From: Allobaculum fili
GTDB lineage: Bacteria; Bacillota_I; Bacilli_A; Erysipelotrichales; Erysipelotrichaceae
NCBI RefSeq assembly: GCF_020969955.1
Contig: NZ_JAHDSX010000011.1
Span: forward strand, 1-32,000
Reading direction: 5' to 3'
Length of the DNA: 32,000 nucleotides
Numbering within the stretch: position 1 is the stretch's first letter; each line of letters starts with the position of its first letter. Shown one piece after another: positions 9,412-15,783 of this stretch. A model generated the notes under the pieces. It worked only from the letters and a program-made list of their open reading frames with translations, had not been told where the DNA came from and searched no databases. The position numbers and the translations under genes are program-made.

Positions 9412-10110
9412 CTAAGCCAGATCTGTGTACTCACTTTCCGGCTCGTCGAGCAGACCGTGCGATCGAAAGCTGAAACAGCCGTTTCGCGTGGCGATGACGT
9501 GATCGAGCAGACTGATTTTGTGAAGTCTTGCGGCTTCGAGAAGCATCTGTGTACTTTCCAGATCCGCCAGCGAAGGAATCGGATCGCCGGACGGATGATT
9601 GTGGACGAGGACGATGGAACTCGCGGACGTCATGAGCGCGTCCCGAAAAATTTCCCGCGGGTGGATCAGCGACTGATCGAGCGTGCCCACAAACAGATCC
9701 TTGTGCCGGATGATCCGCCGTTTGACATCGAGATAGAGCACCGCGAAGTGTTCCTGACTTTTGGTTCCGTATTCCGCCTGCAGCCACGTTTCAATATCGT
9801 CCAGGCTTCGAATGGAAACGCTCATCGTCCGTGCCTGCAGGGAGCGGGCGTACAGTTCTCTGGCCGCGCAGATCTGGAGCGCCTTGGCCTGACCGATCCC
9901 TTCAATTTCCATCAGTTCTTCGGGCGCAATGGAATAGAGACGGCGCAGATTGTCTGTCTTCTGCAAAATGGACTGCGCCAGAGATTCCACCGCGTGCGTT
10001 TTCGTCCCGGATCCGAGGACCAGACAAAGCAGATCCTGATTTTCCAGACGCTCAATTCCCTGCAGCATCGCTTTTTCCCGGGGCCGGTCCATCTGTGTTC
10101 GTTCTTTCAT
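9412..10110 (-). CDS. radC: RadC-family JAB-domain protein (UPF0758)
   Basis: Shows RPREK...LLCLVLGSGTK (HhH region) and the JAMM-like HNHPSGDPIPSLAD motif. I prefer the ATG at 10110, which is 7 nt after AGGA; the ATG at 10116 is too close to the SD. Confidence 0.85.
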   Translation of the reverse strand: MKERTQMDRPREKAMLQGIERLENQDLLCLVLGSGTKTHAVESLAQSILQKTDNLRRLYSIAPEELMEIEGIGQAKALQICAARELYARSLQARTMSVSIRSLDDIETWLQAEYGTKSQEHFAVLYLDVKRRIIRHKDLFVGTLDQSLIHPREIFRDALMTSASSIVLVHNHPSGDPIPSLADLESTQMLLEAARLHKISLLDHVIATRNGCFSFRSHGLLDEPESEYTDLA

Positions 10111-10444
10111 TTTCATATCCTTTTATACGGACAGAACCGGCTTCGGTACGAACCGGAGCGGATCCGTTGAAAAGCAGCAGGCGGGTCTATTTCCCTTCGT
10201 TCCGCTTATCCCTTGTCCGGCTTATCCCGCTCTTGTCTTCCGCTCTGCTCTTCCTCTCGGGTCTGGATCGGGTCTGGGGTTTCTTTTTCCCTTTTGGCCA
10301 AAGATGGTGTATCCTCATTCATGCGGCCGGATTTTCCGGTCCGACGAAGGTTTTGCCGGTTCTCGTAAACCGCTTCTTCTTCAGGCGCTTCTCGCGGCGT
10401 TGCTGGACGGAATCAAAAAAATTCATTTTTTTGAGATTACAGGG

Positions 10445-10473
10445 TTGCTCCTTTCCGGGGACCATGCTAATAT
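10445..10473 (+). promoter_or_regulatory. Candidate sigma-A promoter of the tRNA operon
   Basis: TTGCTC (10445-10450), a 17-nt spacer, then TAATAT (10468-10473) preceded by TG (10465-10466, extended -10). It lies about 40 nt upstream of tRNA-Ser. Confidence 0.4.
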
Positions 10474-10513
10474 AGTCAAGCAATCGCACGAAGCAAATAA
10501 ATAAAACATCCTT

Positions 10514-10604
10514 GGAGAAGTACTCAAGTGGTTGAAGAGGCGCCCCTGCTAAGGGTGTAGGTCGGGAAACTGGCGCGAGAGTTCAAATCTCTCCTTCTCC
10601 GCCA
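10514..10604 (+). tRNA. tRNA-Ser (anticodon GCU), class II with long variable arm, encoded CCA
   Basis: Hand-folded cloverleaf: acceptor GGAGAAG/CTTCTCC, anticodon stem CGCCC/GGGTG, loop CTGCTAA, T-arm GAGAG-TTCAAAT-CTCTC. Confidence 0.9.
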
Positions 10605-10610
10605 TCTTTT

Positions 10611-10687
10611 GGTCCAATGGCGCAATTGGTTAGCGTACCTCCCTGTCACGGAGGGGGTTGCGGGTTCGAGTCCCGTTTGGACCGCCA
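10611..10687 (+). tRNA. tRNA-Asp (anticodon GUC), encoded CCA
   Basis: Acceptor GGTCCAA/TTGGACC, anticodon stem CCTCC/GGAGG, loop CTGTCAC, T-loop TTCGAGT; 77 nt. Confidence 0.9.
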
Positions 10688-10692
10688 TTTAT

Positions 10693-10766
10693 GCAGATGT
10701 AGTTCAATGGTAGAACACGACCTTGCCATGGTCGATACGGGGGTTCGATTCCCCTCATCTGCTCCA
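10693..10766 (+). tRNA. tRNA-Gly (anticodon GCC), encoded CCA
   Basis: Acceptor GCAGATG/CATCTGC, anticodon stem CGACC/GGTCG, loop TTGCCAT, T-loop TTCGATT; 74 nt. Confidence 0.9.
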
Positions 10767-10784
10767 TTTCTTTTATTTATTTCA

Positions 10785-10861
10785 GGTCCAATGGCGCAAT
10801 TGGTTAGCGTACCTCCCTGTCACGGAGGGGGTTGCGGGTTCGAGTCCCGTTTGGACCGCCA
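10785..10861 (+). tRNA. tRNA-Asp (anticodon GUC), second identical copy
   Basis: Sequence identical to 10611-10687. Confidence 0.9.
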
Positions 10862-10866
10862 CTTAT

Positions 10867-10940
10867 GCAGATGTAGTTCAATGGTAGAACACGACCTTGC
10901 CATGGTCGATACGGGGGTTCGATTCCCCTCATCTGCTCCA
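10867..10940 (+). tRNA. tRNA-Gly (anticodon GCC), second identical copy
   Basis: Sequence identical to 10693-10766. Confidence 0.9.
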
Positions 10941-10952
10941 CTTGAATACGCA

Positions 10953-10977
10953 CTCGCGAGAAATCGCGAGTTTTTTT
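10953..10977 (+). terminator. Rho-independent terminator of the tRNA operon
   Basis: ctcgcga-gaaa-tcgcgag hairpin (10953-10970) followed by TTTTTTT (10971-10977). Confidence 0.75.
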
Positions 10978-11001
10978 ATAGCTTCTCTTTCCCCTTCACA
11001 C

Positions 11002-11071
11002 AAAAAAAGCGGTCCTCGTCTGGATGATTTCCTTTCGGAATGATCCGGATCCAGAGGACCGCCTTTATTTT
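11002..11071. terminator. Bidirectional long-hairpin terminator (minus strand: thioredoxin-like lipoprotein gene; plus strand: back-up for the tRNA operon)
   Basis: gcggtcctc (11009-11017) / gaggaccgc (11054-11062) with a partly paired interior. It is flanked by A7 (11002-11008) and by ctttatttt (11063-11071). Confidence 0.5.
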
Positions 11072-11183
11072 CAATTGGGATCTGGCGAAGAAATGCGGCA
11101 GATCTATTTCTGTAAAACGGATTTCTGCCAAGCTAAGTTTCCATTTCTGCGATTTTATGCGGGTTCAGGTGCTGCGTTCGGTT

Positions 11184-11837
11184 TTACGATTGGGACGCGT
11201 TATGACTTTCGATCAGTTTTTGCAGGGCGTCTTTCAGCTCCGCCTTTTCCTCGTCGGTCATTTCCCGCTCCTTGGCATCGTGATCTTCCGTCGTTCCCTG
11301 ATGGCCGTCTGCGACTTTGCCATTGACGACCGATACGACTAACGGCACGTAAAGCGTCGGTTCGCCTTTGAGGTTGTTTCGAATGTAGTCGGGAAGATAC
11401 GGTTCAATCCGATCGCGCTGTTCATCGGTGTACAGCCGCTCTTTCTGATCGTCGCGCGTCTGTACGTAGAGCACTTCGATATCGTTCTTTTCGGCTTCTT
11501 CTTTCAGAATCGGTACGAGCTCATCGCACCAGGGACAGGCGGGAAAACCGAAGTAGAGAACGCCGGATTTTCCCTCTTCAAAAAACGCGATGGCATCTTC
11601 AAAGGAAATCGGCGTAAAATCCGCCACGTCTTTCTTATACGCTTCCGCTTTGGCATCGCTCTGCTCTTCTTTTGTGTCCACTGGGCAGCCGAAGCCTTCC
11701 CCTTCACAGGCGGATAGAGCCGAAGACGATGTCGTCGAAGAAGAACTCGATGAAGCGCTCGCATTAGGGGCAGACGTGCATCCGGCTAAAAGCAGGGTTC
11801 CGGCCAGCAGGGTGATAAATGTCTTGAAGGGTTTCAT
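11184..11837 (-). CDS. Thioredoxin-fold lipoprotein (CPWC active site)
   Basis: Lipobox LLLAGC after a signal peptide, a Ser/Thr-rich linker, then ...LYFGFPACPWCDELVPIL... (CxxC). The ATG overlaps the stop of the upstream FemAB gene (TAATG), with AAGGAGG upstream. Confidence 0.7.
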   Translation of the reverse strand: MKPFKTFITLLAGTLLLAGCTSAPNASASSSSSSTTSSSALSACEGEGFGCPVDTKEEQSDAKAEAYKKDVADFTPISFEDAIAFFEEGKSGVLYFGFPACPWCDELVPILKEEAEKNDIEVLYVQTRDDQKERLYTDEQRDRIEPYLPDYIRNNLKGEPTLYVPLVVSVVNGKVADGHQGTTEDHDAKEREMTDEEKAELKDALQKLIESHNASQS

Positions 11838-13063
11838 TACGCCTCCTTGAGCGAGTGCCGCTTTTTCTCGTAGGCAATTTTGCTGGGCTTATACAGCAGG
11901 CGGTTGACCGGCAGATCGAACTCGCCGATGTATTCGTGAATTTCCGGAGCGAAGTTGTCCTTGAAATGGGTCAGTCCATCATCCAGGGAGCCTTCTACGC
12001 CGCCCATCGAAAATTCGGTACAGCCTTTATCGAACGCCCACTGGAAGTTTTCCACGTACGTTTTGTACTGCGGCATGAAGCGGCGGAAGCGCTCATCCAT
12101 GCCCGCATATAACATTTCCGCGCTCTTTCCGTATTTCACGCTCAGAACGCCGGCGATCGGCCGTGCCTTGTCGTCGCCGACCGTTTCGATCAGTTCTTCA
12201 ATGATCCGGATATCCTTCGCGGCGGATTCTTTCTGCTCTTCCAGGGTAAAACGCTTTTTCTTCTGGTTTTCCGGAAGGGCCGCGATCTGTTCTTCGAGCG
12301 CGTCGTAGCGTGCCTGGCATTCCTGACGGATTTTTGCCGGATCGCAAACCGCTAACATGATAATCGCGTCATCGCCGTAATTATCGAGAAGCTTTTTGAA
12401 GTACTCCTTATTGCGCAGCGAAACGTGCTTGCGCTCTTCCGTCATTTCGACCATCGCCGCAAAGTCGTCGAGAAGCTCATGTCGACCGCTGACGATCTGC
12501 AGGTGACGCTTTTCGGCTTCCTTGATCAGCTTGCGGGTCTTTTTCGGCATCGCCGCCAGCACATCTTCGGGCTTGTCGAGAATGGAGTGAAAACGCGCCT
12601 GAATGGCTTCTTCAATTTTCATGGAGTAGCCCTGGAAAATCGCGCCGGCGTTTTCGAGCGGCTGCACGTATTTTTCGTTGCCGTTTCTTGGTCGGGACGT
12701 ATCGGAAGACGGATACTTTCCGATTTCAATGCCCGGATCCATTTTGATAAACAGCGTTTTATGGCTGCGTCCGATTTTTTTCAAACCATCGAAAAACTGT
12801 TTAATCACTTCGGGATCGTCGTAGTCGAGAATCGGTCCGCGCGGAATGTACATCATGGTAAAGCCAAACGGCAGCGCCTTGATCAGCACCAGGGCGGTAG
12901 CACAAAGCGTGTCGTTTTTATACAGACCGCAGTGCAGATGATCCCAGTTGGATTTCACCGCGGCCCAGTTATAGCTCTGAAGCAGATTGCATAGCGGCGA
13001 ACTCTGCACGAAGGCATCGTATTCGCTTTTTGCAAGATTCGTTGCAAAACGATAAGTCGTCAT
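11837..13063 (-). CDS. FemAB-family peptidoglycan interpeptide-bridge aminoacyltransferase (FemX/MurM-like)
   Basis: 408 aa. The N-terminal ...LLQSYNWAAVKSNW... and ...MYIPRGPI... resemble FemAB. A central coiled-coil insert (QECQARYDALEEQIAAL...) is typical of FemA/FemX. Confidence 0.85.
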   Translation of the reverse strand: MTTYRFATNLAKSEYDAFVQSSPLCNLLQSYNWAAVKSNWDHLHCGLYKNDTLCATALVLIKALPFGFTMMYIPRGPILDYDDPEVIKQFFDGLKKIGRSHKTLFIKMDPGIEIGKYPSSDTSRPRNGNEKYVQPLENAGAIFQGYSMKIEEAIQARFHSILDKPEDVLAAMPKKTRKLIKEAEKRHLQIVSGRHELLDDFAAMVEMTEERKHVSLRNKEYFKKLLDNYGDDAIIMLAVCDPAKIRQECQARYDALEEQIAALPENQKKKRFTLEEQKESAAKDIRIIEELIETVGDDKARPIAGVLSVKYGKSAEMLYAGMDERFRRFMPQYKTYVENFQWAFDKGCTEFSMGGVEGSLDDGLTHFKDNFAPEIHEYIGEFDLPVNRLLYKPSKIAYEKKRHSLKEA

Positions 13064-13254
13064 AAAGCCTGTGTCCTTTCCTTCCCCATCCTCCGGCTAG
13101 AATTCGGATTTCTGCATCTTTAAGACGGGTCTGAACATCTACGGAAAATTACCGGATACAGATCCGGCAGTTTCGGGTTTAAAATGCCTGTCTATTATAC
13201 AGGCTGAACGTTTCTTCTGGCCCAATTTGGGCCATTCGTCCAGATTGAGCCTGC

Positions 13255-13291
13255 CCAAAGAAACCGCCACCCCGATCCGGGATGGCGGTTT
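13255..13291 (-). terminator. Rho-independent terminator after the cytidylate-kinase-like gene
   Basis: aaaccgcca (13261-13269) / tggcggttt (13283-13291). On the minus strand it is followed by a TTTCTTT-type U-tract. Confidence 0.55.
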
Positions 13292-13316
13292 TCGATCATA
13301 AAGCTGGGTGTCTGTT

Positions 13317-13985
13317 CTACTTCTTTTCGGGAAGCGGAACCAGTTCTTCGGCCCGTTCGCGGTTCTTGATTTCCGGAATACGGGCTTCCAGATAATCCAC
13401 GAGAAATTTCGCGGTTTCAAACGGACCCATCTTGTCAGAGCGAATGGTCATGTCGTAGTTTCTGGCATCGCCCCATTTGTGTTCGCAATAGCTGTTGTGA
13501 TACGTTTTGCGCTTGCGGTTATGGCGTTTCATTTTCGCGTACGCTTCTTCGCGGTCCACGTGATGTTCCTTCATGATGCGAGGAATCTTGAACGCTTCAT
13601 CCGCGGAAATGAACAGCGTGACAAGCGACGGATATTCCGCAAGAACTTCTTCGGCGCAATGGCCGAGGACAATGAAGGATTTTCCTTCCGACGCGATTTT
13701 GCGCAGGAAGTCAAACTCCATGGCCGCCAGCGCGTATTCATTGGAGTTGGTCAGTCCTTTTACCGTGCGGCTTGCGAATTTCCAGCGCGGCGATTCATCC
13801 CGGTAATACAGGTCTTCGACGTCTTTCTGATGCCGGATGCCAAGATTTTGCAGGATGTTTTTTTCATAGACCGGCAGTCCAAAATAATGGCCAAGCAGAT
13901 CGGCGATTTCACGGCCGCCGCTTCCAAACTCACGGTCAATGGCCAGGATAATCTGGCCCTCCGTCTGTTTCTGGTCAGTAGTCAT
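13317..13985 (-). CDS. Cytidylate-kinase-like family protein (P-loop-like, function unknown)
   Basis: 222 aa. ...ILAIDREFGSGGREIADLLG... is the signature opening of the Cytidylate_kin2-type family. The GGGAGG SD lies inside the 3' end of the permease gene. Confidence 0.75.
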   Translation of the reverse strand: MTTDQKQTEGQIILAIDREFGSGGREIADLLGHYFGLPVYEKNILQNLGIRHQKDVEDLYYRDESPRWKFASRTVKGLTNSNEYALAAMEFDFLRKIASEGKSFIVLGHCAEEVLAEYPSLVTLFISADEAFKIPRIMKEHHVDREEAYAKMKRHNRKRKTYHNSYCEHKWGDARNYDMTIRSDKMGPFETAKFLVDYLEARIPEIKNRERAEELVPLPEKK

Positions 13986-13987
13986 AA

Positions 13988-15358
13988 TCAGCCTCCCAAA
14001 ACGACGTACCGCAGGATAATGACGACTGTAGAAATGGTCAGGACGATAATCGTCGCCGGCACATTATACTTGCAGTATTTCTTCCATCCGATCGGGTAGC
14101 CGTTTTTCATTGCCACCGCGGTTCCGACAACGTTGGCGCTCGCGCCGATCGGCGTGGCACTGCCGCCGATATCCGTACCGATGCTCAGTGCCCAGGCCAG
14201 GGTGTTGATTGGAATGCCCTGCGCGCTGGCCAGCGTCGTGATGACTGGAATCATCGTAGCCGAGAACGGAATATTGTCGACGAAGGCACTCGCAAATGCC
14301 GAAATCCACAAAATAATGACAATGACTAAAATAATATTACCACCCGAGATATCGCTGATGAAGTACGCGATGCGTTCGAGTACGCCCGTCTGTTCCAGAC
14401 CGCCGACGACCACAAACAGACCGATGAAAAACAGAAGTGTCTTGTAGTCGACCTTTTTGAGAATCTTGCCGGCGTATTTCGCGTTGGCGATCAGCGTAAT
14501 CAGCGCGATGAACGTACCGATAAACGCGACCGTCAGACCCGTCGAGGAATGCGAAACGAGCAGAACGATGGCAATCAGGAAAATGCCGATCGAAAGAATA
14601 AAGGCCGTCTGATTTTTGATGGCTTCCTTTGGCTGCGGCAGCGTTTTCGGATCAATCGTCTGCTTGTCAGCTTCCTTGAATTCTTTACGGAAGCAGAGCC
14701 AGAAGAAGAAAATCGTCGCGATCAGCGAAACCCCGGCGATCAGACCGGTATTCGTCAGAAAGTCGCCAAACGTCAGGCCTAAGGACGTACCAATAATAAT
14801 GTTTGGGGGATCCCCGCACATGGTCGCCGATCCGCCCAGATTGGAGCAGAACACTTCGGCAAGAATCATCGGTACCGGATTGAACTTCAGTACTTTGGCG
14901 AGTTCAACCGTTACGGCCGCCAGAAAGAGGATAACCGTAATCGAGTCAATGAACATCGACAGGAACGCCGACATTAACATGAACACCACAAAGATCTTGC
15001 TGGCCTTGTAGTGAACCAGTTTTGCCAGCCGCAGGCAGAGCCACTGAAAGAAACCGGCTTCCGCCATGCCTTCGACCATAACCATCATGCCGGCGATAAA
15101 AATAATCGTCGACCAGTTGATGCCGCCTGTTCCGCCGCCTTCCCCTGTGGTATGCCAGAATCCCGGAGTGAAAATCGCCCCGAGATTCAGCGTCTGCCAG
15201 ATGGCATCCCAGGAATGCAGGCAGAGTGCGAACACAAGAACGAGCGTCGCGAGACCGCATCCGAGGGTGATGTAATGGTGAGGCCACTTATCCAGGATTA
15301 CCAGAAGGAACATGACAAGAAAAATTCCAACCGCAATCCAGGGTGCTAGAACCTCCAT
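13988..15358 (-). CDS. Ion-transporter-superfamily permease (ArsB/NhaD/CitMHS type)
   Basis: 456 aa and about 12 TM. Twin repeat motifs (...SMFIDSITVILF... and ...SAFVDNIPFSATMIPV...) are typical of ArsB/NhaD permeases. ATG at 15358 (MEVLAPW) is preceded by GGGAGG; the track start at 15412 is unsupported. Confidence 0.75.
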   Translation of the reverse strand: MEVLAPWIAVGIFLVMFLLVILDKWPHHYITLGCGLATLVLVFALCLHSWDAIWQTLNLGAIFTPGFWHTTGEGGGTGGINWSTIIFIAGMMVMVEGMAEAGFFQWLCLRLAKLVHYKASKIFVVFMLMSAFLSMFIDSITVILFLAAVTVELAKVLKFNPVPMILAEVFCSNLGGSATMCGDPPNIIIGTSLGLTFGDFLTNTGLIAGVSLIATIFFFWLCFRKEFKEADKQTIDPKTLPQPKEAIKNQTAFILSIGIFLIAIVLLVSHSSTGLTVAFIGTFIALITLIANAKYAGKILKKVDYKTLLFFIGLFVVVGGLEQTGVLERIAYFISDISGGNIILVIVIILWISAFASAFVDNIPFSATMIPVITTLASAQGIPINTLAWALSIGTDIGGSATPIGASANVVGTAVAMKNGYPIGWKKYCKYNVPATIIVLTISTVVIILRYVVLGG

Positions 15359-15371
15359 AAAAAACCTCCCT

Positions 15372-15428
15372 GTATCAAAAATTTGAAAAACGTTCGAACC
15401 GAATCTGTTCAAACATCATGAACGTTTT
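15372..15428 (-). promoter_or_regulatory. Terminator-like hairpin in the 5' leader of the permease operon (candidate attenuator)
   Basis: On the minus strand, aaaacgttc ... gaacgtttt (arms at 15420-15428 / 15387-15395, with inner gaac/gttc pairing) is followed by TCAAATTTTTG. It ends 14-28 nt upstream of the SD. Confidence 0.3.
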
Positions 15429-15783
15429 GCCGCGCGTTCCCGCGGATCCGGACAGGAAAATCTACAGAACGCCTATAAATCTTCTATCTAGGTAAAGGAA
15501 TTGTAATCTTTCCGCAAATTAAGGACAGGCGGTTGACCGAGGGAATTTCCGGCAAGCCCTTTCACTTTGAACGTGCTCTTATCACTTGCTGAAATGTACA
15601 CAGAACTGGTTATTTTCGGCACGAAACAGACCGTTCTTCCCCTCTTCAAACCGAGCGAAGAAAACCTTCAATTTGCACTTTTTATTCAAGTTGTGGCTTC
15701 TTGTCAACAAAAAATCCAAACGCCATTTTTTGGTGATTTCATCCGCTTTTGAATCGTCTACAATAGAGCCAAGGAGGTCTTTT

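Larger units (their letters stand above)
10611..10940 (+). repeat. Tandem duplication (174-bp period) of the tRNA-Asp/tRNA-Gly pair
   Basis: 10611-10766 and 10785-10940 match with a single difference, in the 5-nt Asp-Gly spacer (tttat vs cttat). Confidence 0.95.

Noticed and set aside
10617-11027. 136-aa plus-strand ORF with an internal perfect repeat (MAQLVSVPPCHGGGCGFESRLDRH... twice).
   Set aside because: It is the translation of the duplicated tRNA-Asp/tRNA-Gly genes. The cloverleaf folds and encoded CCA ends explain the sequence fully.
15385-15400. Possible catabolite-responsive element (cre) near tgaaaaacgttcga in the permease/gatZ intergenic region.
   Set aside because: Register against the TGWAANCGNTNWCA consensus is off by one (C-G falls at positions 8-9). 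The sequence is better explained as one arm of the leader hairpin.
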